64,000 nt of DNA from Podarcis tiliguerta. Lineage: Eukaryota. The notes beneath the pieces were generated by a model that ran no database searches, had not been told where the DNA came from, and was given only the letters and a program-made list of their open reading frames with translations. This document shows positions 1-10,983 of this stretch, in pieces. Location of the stretch: NCBI GenBank assembly GCA_965153285.1, contig OZ229115.1. One strand, 5' to 3'. Within the stretch, counting starts at the first letter, position 1. Every line of letters starts with the position of its first letter. The translations under genes and the position numbers were made by a program.

Positions 1-359
1 CCCCATCACTGGTTTCCAGATGCAACTTGGTGAAGGGATGAGTTTTTCTCCCATTGCAAATACAAAGCTTGTTGTGCATGGGGAGCATGACCCTTCTGAT
101 CAGGATCATAGCCATCGCAAACCCTCTTCCCCCCGTGTCATAGGCATGCAGTAGGATGGGAAACAAAATTAAATAACTTTGGTTGTAGGCCCAGTGTCAT
201 AACAAAGGATTTGTCTCCTCTTTATTCCATTTCTGGAATGTGGAAAAAAGGTATCACCTCCATAACACTGGAAATAGCCTGGATATCCCAGGGTATAGTT
301 TTGGCAAGGGCATGGAGGCCAGCAGATCTTTGCTGTTTTGAAGTTTCTGGAATGAACCA

Positions 360-620
360 AGGTTCTTGTAAGAATATGCAAAGCCCTGGACAACTTCAGT
401 CCAGCATACCTTGAATAGCACCAGAGCCCTTATAGCTTGGTCACTGAGATAATCTGAGCATTGTTCATTGTTCCGTGTTCCTGACTGGCTTCAACTAGAT
501 GTTGGGCATTGAGTGTCACCAGTCCCGTCCTGTGGAATACCCTTCCAGCAGAGATTCGGAAGGCATCCTCCCCACTAATTTTCAGTTGTCTCTAGAAGAA
601 GCAGCCTGTGATAGACATTT
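360..620 (+). mobile_element. Degenerate L2 LINE 3' fragment
   Basis: aaagccctggacaac... and ctgtggaatacccttccagcagagattcgg resemble the L2 end at 32460-32700; boundaries approximate. Confidence 0.45.
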
Positions 621-1213
621 GACTCCCCTTGGTCAGTACAGCAGAACTTTGGATTCTTATTTAATTCTCAGAAGATTTCAATTATTTAGAAGCTAGCAGC
701 TTCCTTATGTGAACATTCTGTTTGTAGACATATTTTTTAAAGAATCACACTGATTTTCACGACGATGTACATTTTTATTACAGTACTTGCATTTAACTTT
801 AATTTTACATTTTTAAATGGGCAAAATAGGTATAGTAATATATCTGAAGGAAGATTTTGTGTAGTTTTATGCTGCAGTTCCAATTATTTTATGTCTGTAC
901 CATCTATGGATACACAATAAATTAAATTTATCTACTAATACTACATGAACTGAGACCTATTTCCTTATTTGGCTGTACGAGACATGGGCTTTGGTGAATG
1001 AGTTTTAGGGAAGGATTAATTCCCTTGTACAGATAATTTCCTTCACAATTGATGTTGTGCATTAATGTTTTATTAGGGGCTTCCTTTCTGAAGCCAATTT
1101 TATAAAACTGATTTATTGCCAGTTCCAGTGATATTCAAGTCAAGGCTTTATGGAGAGGTCAGCATTATCTGATTTAGTTTATGGAGGTTCATAAAAACAA
1201 TGAGAATTCTTAA

Positions 1214-1472
1214 TGTGGTCTGTGTTAAAACCAAGATGTACTTTATCAAGAGTACAATAATGCTGCGTGCTTATCCGGGGGGGGGGTCTGTGTTAGCCCC
1301 TAGCATCCTTGGGCAACTTCCAGGTCCTCATCATCTGGAATGGTTCGCTGCTAACACCTGGCCTGGACCCTTTTATTTTAAAAGATGAATATGCCCTGGT
1401 CCTATGAGACCACCTGGTGGCTGGGTCTCACTTCGTTCTAATTTCCCAATATGCATTCAATATAGTACCACA
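1214..1472. mobile_element. Possible short solo LTR
   Basis: TGTGGT...ACCACA inverted termini; no convincing TSD. Confidence 0.3.
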
Positions 1473-2685
1473 TATTAGGGCATTGTGGATTAAACAGTGG
1501 TACTCAACAATGCTTGGCGTTCTGCTGCCACCAGGGCCCATGAAATAGATGCGGAAGGTCACCATGTGGCACTTTGTCCTGGTCCAAGAGCAAGAGAAAT
1601 CTTAGTGGTCTAAGGAAACCATTCATGAATTTATTTAGAGTCTAGGTCCACCTCCTTAATTACTCTGTAATTACATTATACAAGGAGTGGCCCGTTTTCA
1701 TCAGCTGAAGTATTGTGGATAAGGCATTTACCTAAAAATGTGTAGTTAGAAACAAACACAGGATATCTGACTGTAGAGGACACCCAAAGGAGTGTTCTGA
1801 TCATAGATGATTGAGGGGGGTTGCTCTGTTCAGAATATAGAATTCGTCACCGGGAGCTAGTCATATTCTCTCCAACAAGGATAGTAACAGGAAACGCCTC
1901 ACTCCATCTAAATACAGCTAAGTCTGGTGCCACCTAATGTGTAGCCATGTAATGACACTATCCACAAATCACAGAAGGCACTGATAACCACACCACTACT
2001 TATCTGATTGCATAAAACCCTCCATAATAGCCCTTTAAGATTTTAGGCTATCCATTTATTTTTTTGTGCAGTTTTAAGGATTGGGGCTTTAGGAGATATC
2101 TCCAATCAGGCCCAGCTTCGACACTTGGCTAATGAACTCATCCAAGAGTATGGAGTCGGTTTGTTGTCCCATATCCCTGACTTCACTCCTACAGTCCATG
2201 TTCCAGTGGTGCTCTGCTTCCCTCTCCCCCTCCCTGTCTCACAGCACAGTGTGTCTTTACTTCTAATTTGCAAAGCAGGAATCATAGCCTAGATAATTAA
2301 ATCTGTCTTAATTAGTATGTGCTGCCACACGCCATTGTATTGCCAGAGACGGTTTTCTACGCTGCCACAGAATGCTTGCCACGTACCTAATGCCTCATTT
2401 CCATCACTGCAAGCACAATCTGTTGAAAGAAACATTGTAACCCATCTCAATCGGGCTCCTTTCAGTGAGCCGATTAAGTACAGGGGATTTTTATGCAAAC
2501 ATGCATCAATAAATTATCAAGGTAATGTAGCACAACGCATGGTGGAGCTGAGCATGAAATTAACTGTGGGATCGATTTACACTGTAGCCTTAGAGTTATT
2601 GGTGAGTCTGGGAGGTGGTGTGGAAAAGAAAGAGAAAGAGAGAGCAGGGGCCAGTGAAAAAAATAATCCAGAGGGTTAGGCACGA

Positions 2686-2707
2686 ATAAATAAATAAATA
2701 AATAAAT
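2686..2707. repeat. (AAAT)n microsatellite
   Basis: Direct read. Confidence 0.95.
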
Positions 2708-2867
2708 GCTTTTTTTAATTAAAAAAAACTAACATGCACATACTTTTGGCCACACTCTTCTTCAGCAATAGTTAGATCAACGAACCTCAAAGGAACGGAA
2801 TTATTTATATATTTCTTCATATGTAAGCAATATATATAATATTTGTCTCCTTCAGGCTGCAAAAACC

Positions 2868-3010
2868 ACACTTTATCAACCTTGGGTTCCCAAATGCTCT
2901 TGAACAACAGCTTCCATCATAACTGACCACTGTCCATGCCAGCTAGGAATGGTGGGATTTGGGAGCTGTGGTACAAGAACATCTGCGGACCCGAGGTTGA
3001 GAAAGACTGG
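2868..3010. mobile_element. URR1-like hAT MITE, degenerate
   Basis: Internal palindromic aacagcttccatcat...gggagctgtggt structure; gttgagaaagactg terminus. Confidence 0.5.
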
Positions 3011-3983
3011 GCTACACATTTACCTAGAAGGATGTCCTATTGTCAAGAGCTGCTGGTTCTGTATGCAGATTCCCCATGTGGTGAATCACAGAACTGCAGG
3101 TGGCATCTTTTCTGTGGATAAACTTCTGGACACGGCCTGCCCATCCAGACTGGGCATGGGACCTTTCTGGACAGGAAGGGCTACTGAGTTTTGCTTGGAC
3201 AATATAGTATTCCTGTGCTCTGATGTGTTCCTGGATTTTTGGATAATCTTTAGTCCTGACATGCTCTTCAGACCTGCCTCCTGATTTGACTGTTGGCTCC
3301 CAGGGCACTTGTCGCTCATTCCAAAGTCCACCACCAGGAACTTGGGGAGAAAAATATTTTTTTCAAAATTCAAATATCTATATGGTCCAAGCAAAATACA
3401 TCACATTAAAATCACGCACAAGGTTGCCCTTCTGAGTTGTGTATCAAATAACACAACCAACTGCTAGTTAGTATATCAAATACAATTTTTAAAGCAAAGT
3501 CCAATGCAAACACAGCTGGCTTAAGCTATTGTGATTTTTATTTTTATTTTTTGTTCTTTGTGTTTTGGATAATACTTTTAACAACTGAATGCTCCACTGC
3601 CTCTTTGGTCTCTTCTTTCAGAAAATTAGGGTGCTTCAGTAATCTGCAAAGAAAACCATGCCTTCTCTCATTACACCATTAAAAGGACTACTTAGAAAAT
3701 AATTTCTGTCATAGTTTTGGGTCAGGGGACACGATTCAACAACATTTTTGTATTTCTGGCAATGCATCAATATACTTTCTTGTCAGTTTTTCAGTAGCCT
3801 TATCAAATATACCCATGGTTGAAAATGGCAGCTCCTACTTCAACGATCATCTTCACCAAAACCCCAGATCGTCATGGAATAATGCAATGGTTGGAGCATT
3901 CTGTGACATAAAATGACGGCCTCCAGAAAAGGCCACAGAAGTTAGCTCTATTGATCAGTGCTTGAATAGACATGAATAGACAC

Positions 3984-4232
3984 GAAGAAGAAGAAGAGGA
4001 GTTTGGATTTGATATCCCACTTTATCACTACCCTTGGGAGTCTCAAAGTGGCTAACAATCTCCTTTCCTTTCCTCCCCCACAACAAACACTGTGAGGTGA
4101 GTGGGGCTGAGAGACTTCAAAGAAGTGTGACTAGCCCAAGGTCACCCAGCAGCTGCATGTGGAGGAGCGGGGAAGCGAACCCGGTTCACCAGATTACGAG
4201 TCCACCGCTCTTAACCACTGCACCACACTGGC
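3984..4232 (-). mobile_element. tRNA-derived SINE with L2-like tail (Squam2-like)
   Basis: Minus strand GCCAGTGTGGTGCAGTGGTTAAGAGC (A box), GGTTCG (B box), (TTC)n tail; near-identical to 8685-8937. Confidence 0.85.
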
Positions 4233-5189
4233 TCAGACCATTTGTTTCTCTGGATGTTAATTTTGGGCTACACGGCAATTAAGCTGAATGGGCTACATTC
4301 AATTTAGTGTTTTCATTCATTACAAAACAAATGAATACAAAACTAGGTATGACTACAACAGGGTAAGGAAATATTATTTCTTTTTCTTCTGCTCTCATTA
4401 TGAAGAGCTGTTGGCACATCCACATGTCTATTCCTTGTGGCATCTTGGAGATAGTTTATGTTTTAGAAAAGAAAATTTAACATTCAGACTCCAGGTCAGC
4501 AGCCAATCCCAAACTTAATATGCTGCTAAGAGGCAAAGAATGGATTTCAGCTGCTCTCTAAATATTTGAGACCTGACAGCCTGGAATCCTAATGACAGGA
4601 TAAGCCTTCTTGGAGGGAAATAATAATGAGATAAAATCTAAATGAAGCCCATAGTGTTTCATTACAGTAAAAAAAGCCTGCCTGCTTGAGCTATACACAG
4701 TGTTAATTCTACATCCATCCATTAGGACCAAAACACACCTGATGCAGAAGATCCATGATCAGATCTGACTTTTTTAAACCAAGGAGCCACAGACATCTCC
4801 AAATTTGATAGGAGCAGTAACATTGGTAGTTAGTGTTCAAACCTTTCATCCAAGGCTGTGTTCCTAATTATATCCCCGCTCTCTGAAGCTGCTCTTATTC
4901 ACAGAGGGTAAAAAATGCAAAGAAACAGTTTTGAGCCTGTATTTTACCTCCTGGTCACAGCTCCAATCATGCACTCTTGTAGCTATTTTAAAGGCTTATT
5001 GTTGTTGCTATGTGAGAGGGGGTCAATGGGCTGAGTCAAACATAACTCTAAACCATGGCTTAGTGTTATGTGAACAAGCCTCAGGCTTATGCAGCCACCC
5101 CGCCCCTGTCTCTCTGTCTCTCTCTCTCTCTCTGTCAAAAGGCCACATTCACCCTTGACCAGCCTTCAATAGGTTGCGCACCAGAGGTA

Positions 5190-5335
5190 GAAGCACGGGT
5201 GGCAGAGCATCTACTCTGCATACAGAAGGTCCCAGATCCAATCTCTATCATCTCCAGGTGGGCTAAGGAGAGACTCCTGTCTGAAACAATACTGAACTAG
5301 ATGGGACCAATGGTCTGACTTGGTAGAAGGAAGCA
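5190..5335 (+). mobile_element. tRNA-derived SINE (Squam3-like), degenerate
   Basis: agagcatctactctgcatacagaaggtcccag...actagatgggaccaatggtctgact; similar to 35688-35874. Confidence 0.65.
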
Positions 5336-6561
5336 TTGTTAGAATTCCTGATCTATGATTGCAGTCATAGGATTGTTGTCTTCTTTCACTCCACAGAGTG
5401 GGAAGTGATGGAAACAGGATGTTTGTGTTATGTGTTCCGTGAACTCCCATTGGGGCTAACTTCTAATTAGACAAGTTTAGGGTTGTACTGCTAGTTGGTT
5501 TCTGCATTTTTTATTTTGCAGCTGGAAGTTTGATATGATTGATGTGGTTTTGTCCTTGCCTTTGTTTTTCTTGTTTTGGTTTCGATACTGTTTTTAAACT
5601 GTACGCTCTGCTAGCTGCTTTGAGTTATTTTACAAAGAAAAGTGGGAAAGGATCTTGTCAAATATTTATTATTATAAGAATGTTCTGAGAGCCACTCATT
5701 ATTCTACCTTATGAACCAAAGTGGAGCCAACCTCAAATAAACAATTTGGTGTTAGGGAGCTCTAGGCTGTAAGGACCCGTCACACCTTTTTGTAGGACAA
5801 GTGTACACAGGAAGGCAATGCCAATTCAGCAGCCACTAAGGCTATTTTACCTGCTATTCACACCTCAGGCTCCCAAAGCCATTAACACATTACCCAGCAG
5901 ATGCCAGCTTCATTCTTAGTGCATTCAAGTTAATGGAACTGTGCACTGAAGTGCCATTGTGGTTATTTGTTTAACTGACAGGAGATGGGGATATTGCTTG
6001 AGACAACCGTATAAGAAGCACTCTAATTAAATTAGTGGCAAGGGAGCAGCAGCACAGGTAGAGAGTCCTCAAAGCAGAGTGGGAGAAGACTGTCCCCTTT
6101 CACAGGTTCACATGAAAATGTTGCATCACATGGTCCTTTGAGCTGATCCGGCGGGGCTACTTTCATATTCTTATCTTCCATTTATGTAAGAGCAGCATAT
6201 CCTAATTGTCCTTGCTTCCACCCAAGACTGAACCTCAAAGCAAAGAAGTAAACTCTAATGGTACAAACTCGGTGCCTAGGAAAGTGCAGAACGTAGTCCA
6301 GGTACTCTTACAAGGCAGCAATAAATCTGGTCTGAGAACAAGGCCAAGGTGCCTGAGTTCAATATTAGTAGCAAGAGTTCCAGGACTGTATGGGAGCTGC
6401 AAAGCTGTCCCAACAATTGCCCCACCTACCAGCCAAGCTTTTAAGCAGAGAGTCCCTTTCCCTGTGGGAATTCCTGCTCTGAAGATGGGTACTCTTCCTG
6501 ATGATGGGAGTCTCTTTGCTTGGCGACACCTTTTCCTGGGAGACACCAGCAGGAGTGCTTC

Positions 6562-7044
6562 TGTCAGGTGTACGTGCAGGAGCCAGTCCCTGTGACCAAT
6601 AGGACTTTGAAGAACTGGGGCCTTCCTAAGTTTGTTCTGAAGAGGCAAGGCGTGGCTTCACAGGTGAGGCTGATTGGTAACTCACAGCACCTGGTGGCAA
6701 GAGCTGGGAAGGGATATAAGGTCAGCATTTCCCGTCGGCTCTTTGCCACAGCAACACGTTCCCTGCCCTGCTTTATTTGGCTCCTTGACTCCTTGCTTCT
6801 TGATCCTCGCACCCCTGACGTCGTGACTCCTTGCTTCTTGATCCTCAGACCCCTGACATCATGACTCCTTGCTTCTTGATCCTCGGACCCCTGACTTCAT
6901 GACTCCTGGCTCTCTGACCCTCAGACTCTTGGCTTGCTGACTCCTGGCTTCTGGACTCCCGTTCCTGCTCCCACCCCGCCATCTTGCCCCCGGTCCCGAC
7001 GTCCCCAGCTGGGACTTCGATCACCCGTGAACCGGACCATGACA
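6562..7044 (+). mobile_element. Solo LTR, 483 bp (Gypsy/ERV-type)
   Basis: TGTCA...TGACA termini; perfect 5-bp TSD GCTTC (6557-6561, 7045-7049); CCAAT at 6596; TATA-like GATATAAG near 6713; internal 38-bp tandem repeat. Confidence 0.88.
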
Positions 7045-7489
7045 GCTTCCTCTTCTGAACTCTCCTACTCTTCCCCAGCTAGCTGGGCCCATGAGTGTCC
7101 CTCATCCTCCACAGGCTGGGAAGGGGCAGCCCCTGGGACTCCCATCTCATGTCTGGAGGCAGAAGGGGGCCTTAGCAAGAGGGCTCTGCAGCATAGTCTT
7201 CCCTCCCTTTCCTACTACTAATTGCCCTCATCCTTAGGTGCTTCCCACACCTAAGGGAGCCCAGGGGGAAAGGGAACCTTGGTGCTATTACAGGGTTACA
7301 GGGTTACAGGACTGGGGAGAAATCTCACCTGTGCAATGCTGCCCCTCTTCAGAGAAGAAGCCCTGTTGTAAAAGAAATGTGATGATCTTACTATCAACCA
7401 CAAAAATCTGCAAAATCTGTACTGTGCACAACTTCTTCCCCACTCTAAAAACATTTACGCACAGATCAGTGTATTCATAGTCCTCCCAT

Positions 7490-7515
7490 TTATATATATA
7501 TATATATATATATAT
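7490..7515. repeat. (TA)n microsatellite
   Basis: Direct read. Confidence 0.95.
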
Positions 7516-8684
7516 CCCTCTCATTTGTGCGAAATATTCTTAGTTGCTACCCATGTCAGAGCCTTGCAGGCTGTAAAATCCAATGAGGGTGCTTTTTAAA
7601 AAGAGTGTGAGAGACAATCATTGTTAATGTCTCAAGGAGCAGAATAAGGCACTGCCATTTTATTCACAAGCCAGTTAGAGGCAGAGGCAGTGAAACTGAT
7701 GGAGCTTGTTCAAGCTTTATGGGTTTGACAGGCACTGCAATCGTGGCTTTAGACTCAGCAGGAGTCCAGAGTGAGAATACCTGACAAAACAAACTTTTGT
7801 GGCTGTTTAAAGCCATTTCAAATAGCAGTACCAACCAGCCTATTAAACCTTCAACTTAAAGCAGACTGTTACTTTCATCTTCAAGGTTGTTTGTTACTCG
7901 AAGCAACCCAAAAATATGCTCTTCACTCAAGAAATCATTTTTCTCACAAGAGAACTCCACACAATCAAAAAAACCCAGATACTACTGTGATACATCTGAA
8001 ACTGCCACTAGACCTAGCTACAAGTTTCTTGTGTAGCAAAAATGTCTTCCATAACAGCCACTGATTGTTCACTTCGACCTGAAGGAGGATCTGAGCTTTA
8101 TCTGAACCAGCAACTTTCCACTTGATTCCTCTACTCTCTCACCTGACAAAGTGACCAAGTCAGTCATTCCCTGCTATGCTGTGCATGAGTGTGTGGTTGT
8201 GACTTCGTAATGACCTCTGGGAATGAACCTGACGGAGTGTCTGAAAAAGACTTGCCTCACCGACTCACATGTTGTTTCCACCGAAGGCAAAAGGATGAGC
8301 ACATGTTTTGAATAAAGAATGTTCCAGTTCAGTCCTTAGACTCTCCATGTAAAGGCTCTCGGGTAGCAAGGCCTTGGTGAGTCGTGTTCAAAGTCAAAGA
8401 TGGCTCAATCGTCTTATTCACTATAAATACAACTTTCCAGTTGCAGTTGCAATGTGTGTTAAGGAGAATATCCCTTCTGTGGAGCCTGTTTCAGACAGTT
8501 GAGCAGCCACACTTGAATTACTTCCACATCCATACTTCCCCAGAGCAAATCCAAAGATATACAGAGGATGTTAACACATGCCATTTTATTGCGCAGAATA
8601 TGATTTGATGTGTCACGCTTTTATAGAAGCTTTCCATACAGCATGGCCATCACTTTGAACTGCTTTGTATACCTCAAAACACAT

Positions 8685-8937
8685 GAAGAAGAAGAAGAAG
8701 AAGAGTTGGATTTGATATCCCGCCTTTCACTCCCTTTAAGGAGTCTCAAAGCGGCTAACATTCTCCTTTCCCTTCCTCCCCCACAACAAACACTCTGTGG
8801 GGTGAGTGGGGCTGAGAGACTTCAAAGAAGTGTGACTGGCCCAAGTTCACCCAGCAGCTGCATGTGGAGGAGCGGAGACACGAACCCGGTTCCCCAGATT
8901 ACGAGACTACCGCTCTGAACCACTACACCACACTGGC
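8685..8937 (-). mobile_element. tRNA-derived SINE with L2-like tail (Squam2-like)
   Basis: Second copy of 3984-4232; (GAA)n tail on the + strand. Confidence 0.85.
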
Positions 8938-10277
8938 GTGTGTTTTATTTTTCATATGAGGTTTACCTAAATAATCTAAAAATTGCAGAACTCTCCTGTT
9001 CCACAAAAAGATCTGTTTTTCAAACCAAGCTTCACATTTCAAGGCCCTTGAGAAATCATACAGTAATGGGCAAACATAAAAAAATACAGCCAGCTTATGA
9101 TCTTCTCTTTATAAAAAGAAGAACCTTCCAATACATTCTTCCCAGAGTTTTTTCCAGGATAGATAGGTAGCAAAAGTACCATACTGCCATTATAAGTAGA
9201 ATTGCCACACACAAAAAGATGGCATTACTGGAACGATTGTCCTATTTCCTTCCTTTTCCCATGTTTTCTTTCTTCTTGGTAAGTTGCCTGTGGGCTGGTG
9301 AGGTGAAAACAATCCGTAGAAATCTAATCAATCAAGGATTTTTTTTAAAAAAAAACCAACAACCACCTAGAGGTTTTTTAAAACTATCATACCCGGCAAG
9401 CACAATATTCAAAAACAGAGCTAGCAGAATGATACGCACATCTTCTGCTACCTAACATCTTGGAGTCCAGGTTTAACTGGCCATGTTTTCTTCACCCTTG
9501 TCCTTATTTCTGCAGAAAGCTTCACTTGCCTTGATCTTTCTGTTGCTCTGCAGGATCCACAGATAAAGAGGATGACATTCCAATAATCACTAAAAAGGTG
9601 CAGCCCATGGATGCACAACTCTCATTTTACCTTGAGTGGCAGCCCAGTCTTGAGTGAGGGTTCAGCCATCTACTGTTCCATCAGAAAGATGCATATAAGA
9701 TATACATACCAGATCTGACTTTTATGCTCTGAAAATACAGAACGGTCTCCACCACCACCACCCTCCAGAAAACCCTGCATAAGACACCCATCATTTGAGC
9801 CCCTTATCACTGGTCACTGTACAAAACCTTAGCCCCAGGATGTTTGGAGGTTCCTGTCATTATCTTTCTATTAAGCATCTTTTTTATAAAAAACAACACA
9901 CAAAACACTTTTGTTATTGCGTTTTACTCAAATGTCATTTCTTGGAAATGTCAGACATCTTGTTTATTGGTGACATTTCAGAGGTGTCTGTCACAGCTGC
10001 TTCAGTGGGTGTCCTGAGGCAATATTTATTACTCTCATATCTATGTAGTTAGGGAATTTCATCCGTAATGCCAGGATTCTCACACCTGCTGCTCCTTTTC
10101 ATAGTACATCCTTGCAAATGCTATGCATTCTCCTGGGCCTCAGCCTCTCTGTTCTGGGTGAAGGAGACATTTGCCCGTCAGATTATTGAAGGGGTTCTTC
10201 ATTCTGTTTTGCTTTGATGTGGCTGTTTCTACTCATAGTTCCTCTGGATTTCTCAGGCTGAATGAAGCTCCAGCTCT

Positions 10278-10983
10278 GGGCTCTGGGTGGCGCTGTGGTC
10301 AAAACCACTGAGCCTCTTGGACTTGCCAAACAGAAGCTCAGCAGTTCAAATCCTCACGACTGGGTGAGCTCCCGTTGCTCTGTCCCAGCTCCTGCCAACC
10401 TAGCAGTTCAAAAGCATGCCAGTGCAAGTAGATAAAGAGGTACTACTGCAGCAGGAACTTAAACGGCATTTCCGTGCACTCTGGTTTCTGTCATGATGTC
10501 CCATTGTGCCAAAAGCGGTTTAGTCATGTTGGCCACATGACCCGGAAAGCTGTCTGTGGACAAACGCCAGCTCCCTTAGCCTAAAAGCAAGATGAGTGCC
10601 ACACAGGGCCAGATTTAGGTTTGATGAGGCCATAAGCTACTGAAGGTAATGAGGCCCTTTATAGCTCCAGCTGTCCTTTGTCAACAACAAATTGTCACTG
10701 TTTTTTGTGTCGAATATATGCTATATGGTAATTTATGGACCTAATAGGTATCTATTACTTACATCATAGGAGCCTACACAACACAAAACACTGTTGCTGT
10801 ATGTAGGTTTTATTTTATTTGTTTTTTATCTTATATTTTAGAAATGTACATCCAGGGTTTTTTTCCTTTAATTTTTTTGGGCCCCACCAAGAGAGTGGGC
10901 CCCTAAACTATAGCTTGTTTAGCTTATACATAAATCTGGCACTGGTGCCACACCCCATAGTCGCCTTTGGCAGGACTTAACCC
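10278..10983 (+). mobile_element. Sauria SINE interrupted by a hAT MITE
   Basis: gggtggcgctgtgg...gccaacctagcagttc...gcaagtagataaa...ggccacatgacccgg; split at gtgccaca. Confidence 0.85.
10604..10944. mobile_element. Non-autonomous hAT element, 341 bp
   Basis: 14-bp TIR CAG(G/T)GCCAGATTTA; perfect 8-bp TSD GTGCCACA (10596-10603, 10945-10952). Confidence 0.9.

Noticed and set aside
6786-6935. Direct-repeat array superficially resembling CRISPR
   Set aside because: Head-to-tail 38-bp units without unique spacers, inside a eukaryotic LTR; no cas genes
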